Below, in pieces: positions 31,160 to 40,046 of a stretch of DNA of 64,000 nt. The notes beneath the pieces were generated by a model that saw only the letters and a list, made by a program, of their open reading frames with translations, was not told the DNA's origin and did no database searches. This stretch comes from Dehalococcoidia bacterium (GTDB taxonomy: Bacteria; Chloroflexota; Dehalococcoidia; Lucifugimonadales; VXLM01). The stretch covers positions 2,884,507 to 2,948,506 of the forward strand of contig OY759598.1 in assembly GCA_963662435.1 (NCBI GenBank), in the 5' to 3' direction. Position numbers and translations under genes: made by a program. Numbering within the stretch: position 1 is the stretch's first letter; each line of letters begins with the position of its first letter.

Positions 31160-32032
31160 ATGCCACAGACAACGAGCACAGGAAACTTGGCGGACGCCCA
31201 GAGGACGATCATCGGGCAGATGCTGTATACGACGGAGCACAACGCGCCCGCGATGGCGCTGGTGACCCACATGAAGCTGCGGCGCGGGGCGTCGAGCGTG
31301 GACGTTCCGAAGGCGGGGCAGATGACGGTGTCCGACCTCGTCGAGGGACAGGACATCACGGACGAGCAGAGCCTCGGCCTGGAGTTCACGACGCTGACTA
31401 CGTCCGAGGTGGGCGCGAAGGTGGTGTTGACGGACAAGCTGGTGCGGCAGATGCAGCCGGACGTGTTCAAGGTCATCGGACGTCAGCTCGGAGACGGGAT
31501 GGCGCGGAAGAAGGATATGGACGTGATCGCTCTGTACGGGTCGCTGAACGGAGGGGCAGCGCTCGGCGCCGCCGGTGCGAAGTTCAACGTCGCGCACGCG
31601 GCGGCGGCGTACACCCACGCGGTGGCAAACAAATTCGGGACGAAGCTCTCGATCGTCCACCATCCGAATGCGCTGTTCAGCATCATCAACTCCGGCGCGA
31701 TCACTCCCGGCGCCGGCGGACCGGTCGACGCGGGATGGTCACGCGAGCTGTTGCAGCGGTTCTTCGCAGGGCTCGCGCCCGTCGGTGGAGTGCCGATGTT
31801 CCACGACGGCAACATCGAGGTGGACAACGACGGCGACGCGGTGGGCGTGATTGCCGATGAGGGAGCGCTGGTCGTGCTGGAGTCGGTGTCGATGCGGACG
31901 GAGCGTCAGCGCGACGCCTCGCTGCGCGGGACGGAGGTCGTCGTGACGGCGGACTATGGGGTCTTCGAGCTCGACGACACTCGCGGCGCGCCGCTCAAGT
32001 ACGACGCGACGGCGCCGTCGACATCGGCGTAG
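31160..32032 (+). CDS. major capsid protein (HK97-fold)-like
   Basis: 290 aa; SVDVPK, TLTTSEVGAKVVLTDKLVRQ, IGRQLGDGMARKKDMDV, RDASLRGTEVVVTADYGV are typical capsid patterns; AAGGAG RBS. Confidence 0.78.
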   Translation: MPQTTSTGNLADAQRTIIGQMLYTTEHNAPAMALVTHMKLRRGASSVDVPKAGQMTVSDLVEGQDITDEQSLGLEFTTLTTSEVGAKVVLTDKLVRQMQPDVFKVIGRQLGDGMARKKDMDVIALYGSLNGGAALGAAGAKFNVAHAAAAYTHAVANKFGTKLSIVHHPNALFSIINSGAITPGAGGPVDAGWSRELLQRFFAGLAPVGGVPMFHDGNIEVDNDGDAVGVIADEGALVVLESVSMRTERQRDASLRGTEVVVTADYGVFELDDTRGAPLKYDATAPSTSA

Positions 32033-32153
32033 GGACCCCCTCTCTGTATCTCTCCCCCGCCTGTGGGGGAGAGATTGATGGGGATTCGCAGCAGTTGGTG
32101 ACACCCTACACGGCCCCTTGCCAGGGGCAAACAGAGTTATTCAGGAGGAAAAC

Positions 32154-32513
32154 ATGGACCGGAAGACGCCCGCGAAGCTGTCGGAGGAGCTGGCAAAGCT
32201 CGGCTACACCTGGGAATATCTCGACAAGTGGCAGCCGAAGGTCGACATGTACTGGCATGTCGACCAGGTGAATGTCGCGGGCGAGGTGGTCGGGAGGGCG
32301 GGTGCGATGCTACCCAACCTGCCCGGCCACCCGGACCATCAGGCGAGGTACGCGCGGCGCGGTCTGCTCCCGTGGCCGCCGGGGCAGGAGTGCGAGTGCA
32401 AGGGATGCCGCGAGCGGTACGGGACGGAGCGGACGGGTCGCAAGTTCATGGCGCCGGACGAGGTGGAGCGGGAGTTGGGAAATGGGAGGTTGTTTGTGGA
32501 CGGGGGCGAGTAG
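32154..32513 (+). CDS. hypothetical protein (virion cluster)
   Basis: AGGAGG RBS, ATG 32154; C-terminal CECKGC. Confidence 0.65.
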   Translation: MDRKTPAKLSEELAKLGYTWEYLDKWQPKVDMYWHVDQVNVAGEVVGRAGAMLPNLPGHPDHQARYARRGLLPWPPGQECECKGCRERYGTERTGRKFMAPDEVERELGNGRLFVDGGE

Positions 32514-32650
32514 GCAGATAGTACCGGCCTTTGATGCCGAAGGCCGTGCCTTGGACTACTTCCCACTCAGTATAAGGGAGTAGTTAGTTATGATAATATG
32601 CGAGTCCAATACTCAGCGCGCACACCGTCCACCTCGCAAGGTTAGAGAAA

Positions 32651-32908
32651 ATGGTACAAGACGAAAAGAGTCGTTTCGAGGTTCCAGACGACACGCCCGA
32701 GTTCAATATCGACTCGGCACACGCTAACACCCAACTCTCTTCCTCCCCCTCAGAGTTCGTGTACGAGTCAAGCAGTACCGACGAACCTGCTGAACTCTTA
32801 GGAGATGTAGAAGCGGCTGAAGCAACTCTGGCGAAGTTCCGAAAACGAGGACGTGAGGCGTTCTTGTCCAGTGAGGAACATGCGGATGGGGATGAACCAT
32901 CTGTATGA
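32651..32908 (+). CDS. putative antitoxin (acidic)
   Basis: Acidic 85-aa ORF overlapping the RelE-like gene. Confidence 0.55.
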   Translation: MVQDEKSRFEVPDDTPEFNIDSAHANTQLSSSPSEFVYESSSTDEPAELLGDVEAAEATLAKFRKRGREAFLSSEEHADGDEPSV

Positions 32909-33158
32909 AGTAATCTACGAGCCAGCAGCTAGCAGGCAGATCAGAAGACTAGGTGCGAACAGAGAACGTATGCAAAGGGCCATAGACGCTCTTGCCTACG
33001 ACCCGAGACCGTCTGGTTGCCAGAAACTGCAGTCCCAGGCATATCGAATCCGTGTTGGGGACTGGCGCGTTATCTACGTTGTTTTGGACTCCCCCGAGTA
33101 CGTTGTGATCATATCCAGAGTCGCGCTGCGTAATGAGCAGACATATCGAGACTCTTGA
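32892..33158 (+). CDS. RelE/ParE family toxin
   Basis: LAYDPRPSGCQKL...YRIRVGDWRVIY...R..TYR. Confidence 0.85.
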   Translation: MNHLYEVIYEPAASRQIRRLGANRERMQRAIDALAYDPRPSGCQKLQSQAYRIRVGDWRVIYVVLDSPEYVVIISRVALRNEQTYRDS

Positions 33159-33312
33159 AGGGTCGGCTCTCCGCAACGCTGGTGTGGTGTAGGTTAGCGA
33201 GCGGCAGGCTGTTCGCGGACAATTGGGCTGGAGTTTCGAATTGTGACAGTAGTCTCGTAGGGGATTTCTTTGTGACAGACACAACGAGATTCGCTCCCAC
33301 AGAGGAAGGACA

Positions 33313-33735
33313 TTGCCACGGTTGGCCGAATCAGAGTCTCTGAGTCAAGTTGTGCCTGTCCTTGTCGCGGCGCTGGTCTGCGACGTTGGTGTCACTGAGC
33401 CGCACACGAAGAAGAAGAGCCTCATCGGCATCTTCGACAGGCTATCGGCGTCCTCGTTCCCGACGAAGAGGGCGGTCTCTCTCTACCTGAAGATAGCAGA
33501 CGCCCAGGGACGATATGAATTGGAGATTCGGTTCGTTCACCTGAACACCGGCAGCGTCTTGGCGAAGGCCGAAGGCAAGCTCGACCAGTCGGACCGGCTG
33601 GCGTCCGCGGAGCTACTCATCCCGTTCCCGCCCCTTCAGATCAACGAGCCGGGGCGGTACGAGTTCCAGGTCTGGGCGAATTCGACGATACTCGGCTCGA
33701 CGACCATTGACGTGGTGGGGCACTCGGGCGCGTAG
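33313..33735 (+). CDS. DUF6941-like protein
   Basis: LVCD...KKSLIGIFD...EPGRYEFQVWAN; start uncertain. Confidence 0.6.
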   Translation: MPRLAESESLSQVVPVLVAALVCDVGVTEPHTKKKSLIGIFDRLSASSFPTKRAVSLYLKIADAQGRYELEIRFVHLNTGSVLAKAEGKLDQSDRLASAELLIPFPPLQINEPGRYEFQVWANSTILGSTTIDVVGHSGA

Positions 33736-33804
33736 GGACCGAAGTAAATTTCGTCTATCTAGCAGGGGAACCCGAATCCCTGTTGCCGTAGGCCGCTCTC
33801 CGAT

Positions 33805-33833
33805 TTGACACCATAGAACGCACGTCCTATTCT
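33805..33833 (+). promoter_or_regulatory. sigma70-like promoter with LexA-like box in the spacer, upstream of the tail-gene unit
   Basis: TTGACA(33805-10)-17 bp-TATTCT(33828-33); GAAC-GCAC-GTCC at 33816-33827; same geometry as the 26417 promoter. Confidence 0.72.
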
Positions 33834-33958
33834 TGATATGTAACCACTCCTGAAACCCGCTGAGCGGGCCAGGAGCACAACCGAATACACCAGAGACGCC
33901 GGAGCGCGTCCCAGTTTGAGGAAAGTTGGGACGCGCTTTGACGTTAAACGAACGGACG

Positions 33959-34366
33959 ATGACGAACACTCCCGCAGTCTTTCCGGCCGCACGGGAACTG
34001 TCTGCCGGTATGGAGACGGCATCGGGGCTGTGGGTCCCGGAGGGGTCGGCGGTGGAGATGCCGTACGTGGCGGGACCGGACGCCAGCACTGGCCAGCAGG
34101 TGGTCGTGCACCGGTTCCGGTTCCACGATTCACGCACGGGACGCAGCCAGGTCTGTCACGTTCCGGCTCACCCGGACGCCGCTCCGTCGGAGATCGAGGA
34201 CATGGCGGCTCAGGCGTTCGAGAGTTTCTTGAACGAGGTACGCGGTCTGGGACCGCTTAACCACCCTACCCCGGCGCAACGCAAGGAGATTGGCGCTTCC
34301 ATTCGGGAGTTTCGCGAGTACGCGGCCAGGCGCCGCGAAAGCGCGACGAACAGAATCTATTTCTAA
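33959..34366 (+). CDS. hypothetical protein (virion cluster)
   Basis: Open ORF, ATG 33959, first gene after the third SOS-type promoter. Confidence 0.6.
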   Translation: MTNTPAVFPAARELSAGMETASGLWVPEGSAVEMPYVAGPDASTGQQVVVHRFRFHDSRTGRSQVCHVPAHPDAAPSEIEDMAAQAFESFLNEVRGLGPLNHPTPAQRKEIGASIREFREYAARRRESATNRIYF

Positions 34367-34537
34367 GCCCGGAGTTCCCTCAGAAACCGTTCGTGGTGAG
34401 CCCTTCGACACGCTCAGGACAGGCTTGTCGAACCATGAACGACGCTTCGACAGGCTCAGGGTGAACGGGGTCTTCTTCGACCAACTCCCAGGGCAAACGG
34501 ACTGAATCGCCCTACGGCGAACCATCGAGAAAGGATA

Positions 34538-35377
34538 TTGAACATGACTGGCACGCAAGGACGAACGCGCGATCAGCTGCGCAGGAGCATCGGACGGAAC
34601 CTGATCGGGCACCGGCTGATAGTCTCGGCGGCAACGTCGGGAGGGGACATGTCGGGCCTCATCGACGATACCCTGCTCGGCGGGGACGACAACTACAACG
34701 GCTGGTGGCTCATTGCTGCGTCCACCAGCACAAATGCCGGGGCGATACGTCGCGTATCGGACTACGACTCCGCGAGCGCCCGCCTGGGTTGGACGCGGCC
34801 ACTGCAGCAAGCTACCGCCATCGGTGATTCGTATGAGTTGTGGCCCTCAGAGTATCCGCCCGAAGTCATACACGACTACATCAACCAGGCTATCGTCGAG
34901 GCGGCGGGGCACATCTACGAGCCGGTCGAGGACATTTCTATTCATGCAGGCGGGGGGCTGGCGCGGTTCGCGATACCGGATGATATCGACGCCATCTCGA
35001 AGGTGCAGGTCCGGACGTTAGGTTCGTCGCTGCCCGCAATCGATGCGGACAGGGCCGTGTGGAGGACGCTGGCGGCGTACCTTTGGGGAACCGAAAAGGG
35101 CGAGCGCGTCCTAACGCTCTCGGAAAGTGGCAGGCTGCTGGCGGGCAGTTCGCCGCTCAAGCTCATTGGTGGCAAGGAACCGACGCCGCTGTCGACTGAC
35201 GCTTCGACGACCGTCGTACCGGACGAGTTCGTCATCGCCCGTGGGACGGCGCTGGCTCTGCTCGCCTCACCCGACCTGTCGGAGTCCGGCAGGGAGGCGT
35301 GCGCAAAGTGGGACGCCCGGAGTCGCGAGGCCCGCGCGGCATTCCCGCTGCTGACGAACGTGCGAAGGGTCGGATAG
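34538..35377 (+). CDS. phage head-tail adaptor / tail tubular protein-like
   Basis: TRDQLRRSIG N-terminus, IHDYINQA, VPDEFVIARG..L, as in short-tail adaptor proteins; position between capsid and a large beta-rich gene. Confidence 0.55.
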   Translation: MNMTGTQGRTRDQLRRSIGRNLIGHRLIVSAATSGGDMSGLIDDTLLGGDDNYNGWWLIAASTSTNAGAIRRVSDYDSASARLGWTRPLQQATAIGDSYELWPSEYPPEVIHDYINQAIVEAAGHIYEPVEDISIHAGGGLARFAIPDDIDAISKVQVRTLGSSLPAIDADRAVWRTLAAYLWGTEKGERVLTLSESGRLLAGSSPLKLIGGKEPTPLSTDASTTVVPDEFVIARGTALALLASPDLSESGREACAKWDARSREARAAFPLLTNVRRVG

Positions 35378-35436
35378 CAACCCGAGACGTCCCGGTCTTC
35401 CGCAAGAGGACCGGGACGACGGACTGGAGAACATAA

Positions 35437-37356
35437 ATGGCGAAGATCGTAGTAAATCAACAGGAGATATCCCTGGACGGCAGGCGGTACCGGATCGCTC
35501 CCAGGCGAGGGGCCAGCGTGCGGTCATTCATCGCGTCCCGGTATCCGGGGAAGCTGGTGCTGGGCGACGTGGGGTCGGACTCCGATCCGAGGCGCAGCGT
35601 GATCAAGTGGACCGACCAGCGCGGCGGGCTGGGCGTGTACAAGCTCGACGCCCGCAACCCCGAGCTCGACAGGAGCACGTACACGTCGTGCGATGTCCGG
35701 TACAAGGGCGGGATCACCCTCCCGCCGCTCTCGCGCTACACGACGGGGGCGGAACTCTCCGGAGACATCACGGCCATCGGCGAGTTGAACGACGCATACG
35801 GTGACAGCGAGATCTTCGCGGCGTGGGACGGTGGGACGGACATTCGCAAGTACGACGGCAGGGCCGACTCGTGGGGCGAGTCGCTTCACACCCTGCCCGG
35901 AGTTGCGACGGACGCCGTGACGTTCTCGCACCCCGGCACGGGAGGCGGCCATTCGCAGTACCTCGTCTTTGCCCACGGGGACGAAGGGTTCACGTACACC
36001 TCGGACGGGACGACCTTTCACACGAACGCGAGACCCGCAAAGTTCCTGGCGTACTGGAGCGACCGGCTCTGGGGCATGGACGATGACGGGAGACTGTGGC
36101 AGGGGCCTGCGGGGTCGCTGAGAACGAGCAGATCAGCGTGCATAGACGACGCGGTGCTTCCGCTGCCCTCAGGATACGTTACGTCGTTGTTCGTAGGGCC
36201 GGACCGTTCGGGAAGACCCGTCCTCTACGCGGGAACGAAGGTCGGTCTGTACGCTCACGACGACGCGAACAACAGGTTCGTGGAGACACCGGCGAGGTGG
36301 CCGAAGCACGACACCGGCGGATCGGGCGCTACGGCGTGGAGGGGGGTCATTTACGCGCCGGTTGCGCGGCACGTGTACGCCTACATGCCGGGACGTCGCA
36401 CGTTCGACATCGCCTTTCCGCGACGCGGCGAGGACGGCCTGTTCACCTCGGCAGGCACGCGAGGCGCGATCACCAAGCTCGTGCCCACGCATCTCGACCT
36501 CGCGGTGGTGATGGACGGGCAGGGCGCGCCGTTCACGCCTGCCGACGTATTCCTCTGGGACGGCGTCGGCGTGAGCCATGCGCACACGGCGCTATCCTGG
36601 ATGTCGATCACTGCGGCCCACGTGTCCAACGCCTACGGGAAGTACCGGCTGTGGTGGGCGACCGACGCCGGACTGTTCGGAGGATCGCCGAATGTGGGAT
36701 ATACGGAGCTGCCCGAAACTCTCACCAACTCGCGGTTCGGGCCCGCGGCGTCCTACTCCTCGGGCTACCCTGACTCGAACAGCCTCCTCCGCGCGTCGCA
36801 CGTCTACCCTTGGTTCGACGCAGGACAGCCGGAGGTGACCAAGACGGCGCTGCGACTGCGCGTGGAGACGCAAGATTGCTCGGAGACGGAGGTGATCGAA
36901 GTATTCGCGGCGCTCGACTATGTGGGCGCGTCCCTTGCCCTGGTCGGGACGATAACATCGGACGGAACGGCGACCTTCAATCTCCCGAATGAGACGACAC
37001 CGAACGGCATGGACTTCAAGTCGATTCAAATCGAATGCCGAATGAGGAGAGGATCGGACGAGACGAAGACGCCGATGCTCGTTTCAATGGCGCTGGAGTA
37101 CCGAAAGAAGATCCCTACGAAGTACGGGTTCACCTTCGACGTTGCGCTGAACCATGAGCATGGCGGACGTACGCCGAAGGACATGCGCTCCGACCTGGCG
37201 GAGGCCATCGAGAGCACGAATCTCGTCGAGTTCTCGTTCCGGGACGACGCCGGCACGACGCGGACGCACTACGTGGACGTTGTCAGTGTGTCGGGCGGAG
37301 AGGAGACAGGCCTCGACGAGAGAGGCACGAGTAGGGTAACGGTGGAGGAGATCTAG
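35437..37356 (+). CDS. phage tail nozzle / head-stabilisation-like protein (P22 gp10 / T7 gp12-like)
   Basis: 639 aa, beta-propeller-like aromatic strands, C-terminal YPWFDAGQPEVTK...FKSIQIECRM; position after the adaptor. Confidence 0.5.
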   Translation: MAKIVVNQQEISLDGRRYRIAPRRGASVRSFIASRYPGKLVLGDVGSDSDPRRSVIKWTDQRGGLGVYKLDARNPELDRSTYTSCDVRYKGGITLPPLSRYTTGAELSGDITAIGELNDAYGDSEIFAAWDGGTDIRKYDGRADSWGESLHTLPGVATDAVTFSHPGTGGGHSQYLVFAHGDEGFTYTSDGTTFHTNARPAKFLAYWSDRLWGMDDDGRLWQGPAGSLRTSRSACIDDAVLPLPSGYVTSLFVGPDRSGRPVLYAGTKVGLYAHDDANNRFVETPARWPKHDTGGSGATAWRGVIYAPVARHVYAYMPGRRTFDIAFPRRGEDGLFTSAGTRGAITKLVPTHLDLAVVMDGQGAPFTPADVFLWDGVGVSHAHTALSWMSITAAHVSNAYGKYRLWWATDAGLFGGSPNVGYTELPETLTNSRFGPAASYSSGYPDSNSLLRASHVYPWFDAGQPEVTKTALRLRVETQDCSETEVIEVFAALDYVGASLALVGTITSDGTATFNLPNETTPNGMDFKSIQIECRMRRGSDETKTPMLVSMALEYRKKIPTKYGFTFDVALNHEHGGRTPKDMRSDLAEAIESTNLVEFSFRDDAGTTRTHYVDVVSVSGGEETGLDERGTSRVTVEEI

Positions 37357-37358
37357 AA

Positions 37359-37643
37359 ATGAGACTAATGCACGGAAAGGAATCGGTAACGGCGGGCACA
37401 CCCGCCCAGCTCACGAGCGAACCTTTGAGGGCGGTGAAACTCTGGATCAAACACGCGGACGGGGCGACTGGTGTCGCAAGGCTCTCAGGCGCGACGGGAA
37501 GCGACTCCGGCGTGGAGATCGGCGAACCACTTGCGGAGTTCGACTTCACGGCGGCGGGCAGGGGCAGCATCGACGCCTCGACGCTGTACGTGGACGTATC
37601 GACCGGCACGCAGACGGTTGCGTGGACGCTGATGGTGGCATGA
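37359..37643 (+). CDS. small beta-rich hypothetical protein (virion cluster)
   Basis: Tightly coupled (2-bp gap) to the upstream gene; GGAGGAG RBS. Confidence 0.6.
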   Translation: MRLMHGKESVTAGTPAQLTSEPLRAVKLWIKHADGATGVARLSGATGSDSGVEIGEPLAEFDFTAAGRGSIDASTLYVDVSTGTQTVAWTLMVA

Positions 37644-37644
37644 G

Positions 37645-38085
37645 ATGATATCGGTCGACAGGACGGACAAAGGCGTGCTCTCGTGGGCTATCGGCATCCT
37701 CATCACGGTCAACCTTGGCGTGCTGGGGTGGTCGGTCGCGGTGCTGGACGGGAAGGCGGACGACGCCGCGGTGACGCGCATCGAGCGGCAGGCGGAGGAG
37801 ATCGAGCGGCGCGACCGAGACTATCTCGTTCGCTCCCAGATCGAGGACCTCGTGCGGACCGGGTCGCCATACGTGAGCGACAAGCCCAAGATCGAGGACC
37901 AGCTCGACAAGCTGGAGGCGGACGTCGCCCGCAACGAGGGGGACATCCGAGCCACAACCCGCTCGCTCGTGCGAATCGAGACGCAGGTGGCACAGATACA
38001 AGAGACGCTGCAAAAGCTGGACGGCAAACTCGACGAGATCACGGAGTCGCTGGCGCGCACCGGTGCGCTGGCGCGACGGGAGTGA
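37645..38085 (+). CDS. membrane-anchored coiled-coil protein (holin/XhlA-like?)
   Basis: N-terminal TM helix and long heptad coiled coil; last gene of the cluster. Confidence 0.55.
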   Translation: MISVDRTDKGVLSWAIGILITVNLGVLGWSVAVLDGKADDAAVTRIERQAEEIERRDRDYLVRSQIEDLVRTGSPYVSDKPKIEDQLDKLEADVARNEGDIRATTRSLVRIETQVAQIQETLQKLDGKLDEITESLARTGALARRE

Positions 38086-38347
38086 GGGGGCCTTAGGATT
38101 GGAAGTGGATGGGAAAGTCCGAGTAACGTCCCCGTCAACGCAGATGGAACAGTAGGTTAGGATCATCCGCTAAGTGTCAGTTTACAACGCTAACGTGAAC
38201 CTGAGTACGAAGGTTCTTGATTTTGACCAGTTGGATGGGGACTAGCAACCCATACCGCTAGCGGACAATTCCACTCTTCTGGTCTGTCTTCACGATAGAC
38301 AGTACCGCAAGTATCAATTGAGACCGGTGCCCTTGCACCCCAAGTAG

Positions 38348-39607
38348 TCACAGCAGAAGATCATTGGCCAGAGTCGCCACGAAACCACCGTAGCGAGGAT
38401 GAAGGTTCCGGTCGATTGTGAAACCTAAACTCTTGAACAGACTGTTCGCCCTGGTGTCGTCCGCATCCACGTGATTAACAATCCGAGGCAACTTCATTTT
38501 TCTAAACGCATATTCGATCATCGCCTCACTCGCTTCCTTCTCGTATCCTCTACCCCAACATTGCTCATTCAAGACACACACCAAATCAACCTCCCATCTG
38601 ACATAAGGAGAGTTGACGTCCTCCGGAAATACCATCCAGTATGTACGAGCGGCGGGGCCTAAGCTGATGTGGCCCAGCAACGAACCATCCGCCTTCTGAA
38701 CGACTGCCCATGACCCTAGGCCGTCGTAAGCATAAGCATGCCGTATTCTGGCTCCCAAAGGAGACGCTTGGGCGAACCTGAGAATGCCATCAAAGATTTC
38801 AAAGGAATGAACTCTACCGAAGTACTTACGGTGATAGGGGTTCTGGTTCGTCCGACTTGAGATCTCTTCTATGTCATCCGACTTGATGCCGCGAAGCAAG
38901 AGTCGCTCAGTCACAATGGAATCAGGAGATTTTAGATTGTCGAATTGACCCAATTCCATTTGTGATGATCCTGCTACGAACGAGTCATCTTCAACAGGTG
39001 TTGGAGATGTTGCCAATGTAGGTAGGTCCGGGATTCTGTTGTCCAAAGTGAGGAGAATGTCGTGATTCCTGACATCTATCTCGTACTTGATGTCGAATCC
39101 GGCCCTGCGGTACACGTTAAACGACCGTGGATTCCGGGGGCCTTTGTACCAAGGAATCTCAAAACGACTCACCCGCAATTCCCTGAATGCGTATTCGAGG
39201 ACGGCGCTCGCCGCTTCGGTAGCGTACCCCTGTCCCCAGTAGGCCCGTCCGAATGCGTACCCTACTTCCGTAAAGAGTGGTACAAATGGCGACTCCTTGT
39301 ACAGATTCGGCCAATCCACGCTCCAGTAGATTCGCTCGGGATGGCCGAAGATCACTAACCCTATTAGTTGGTGGTCTTCTCGACGTATAACAGACCAGTA
39401 CCCCCATCCCTGTCCGCCGCTATGTTGGTTGAGCCATATCTTTTCACTTAAGCGCTCTCTAGTTTCTTCGAGCGTGTACACCTTGCCAGCAAAAGCGGGC
39501 GCAACCTCTGGATCTACGTAGAGGAGGCGATGAACCTCTTCCAAGTCATCGATAGTGTGAAGCCTGAGGAGTAGCCGTTCTGTTTCGAGGTCTTTTAGCA
39601 ATCCCAA
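38348..39607 (-). CDS. tandem double GNAT (RimJ/RimL-like) acetyltransferase
   Basis: Two TERLLLR-starting domains; YWGQGYATEA and CWGRGYEKEA; lower GC. Confidence 0.85.
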   Translation of the reverse strand: MGLLKDLETERLLLRLHTIDDLEEVHRLLYVDPEVAPAFAGKVYTLEETRERLSEKIWLNQHSGGQGWGYWSVIRREDHQLIGLVIFGHPERIYWSVDWPNLYKESPFVPLFTEVGYAFGRAYWGQGYATEAASAVLEYAFRELRVSRFEIPWYKGPRNPRSFNVYRRAGFDIKYEIDVRNHDILLTLDNRIPDLPTLATSPTPVEDDSFVAGSSQMELGQFDNLKSPDSIVTERLLLRGIKSDDIEEISSRTNQNPYHRKYFGRVHSFEIFDGILRFAQASPLGARIRHAYAYDGLGSWAVVQKADGSLLGHISLGPAARTYWMVFPEDVNSPYVRWEVDLVCVLNEQCWGRGYEKEASEAMIEYAFRKMKLPRIVNHVDADDTRANSLFKSLGFTIDRNLHPRYGGFVATLANDLLL

Positions 39608-40046
39608 TCATGCCTCCTAATCTCAGAAACCACGTGACGTTGAATTAACCATCCACGCACACCTCGAACGCGCTAGGCAACTCGACTGTCTGCCCGCCGA
39701 CTGTGCCCTCGAAACCGGAATTCCCAATTTGGCTGGCCTCAGACTTCAAGGGCAACTCAAGTGAGACGGTAGCATCAACCTCTGGTCCTGCAAGGCCAGT
39801 CAGTCTCCGAACTATCCGATAAGGGATGCGATTCTTGCCGTCAACCAGTTAGTCCGCCGTGCGCTCGAAACTGAACTTATCGAGACTTGCCAACGTCTGA
39901 CAATCCCTACCACCCCTATCGCCCATCCCGCAAAATTCCCCTGCCCCGGCGCTATCCTATTGGAAGTCGATGCGTTGTATAGTGTAGCATCGGCGCGCCG
40001 AGGCTAAGCGACGTGCCCTTGGCAGCTCCTGACACGGGAAGCCGAC

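Noticed and set aside
31160..32032. Encapsulin shell protein
   Set aside because: It is accompanied by portal-, scaffold- and tail-like genes and has no cargo enzyme; a phage-type capsid fits better.
26417..38085. Complete inducible prophage
   Set aside because: No integrase, repressor, replication, terminase or att sites are visible, and the cluster is only ~12 kb including inserts.
39608..40046. Hidden gene or ncRNA in the gap between the GNAT and ECF sigma genes
   Set aside because: No ORF of 60 aa or more and no convincing structure recognised by eye.
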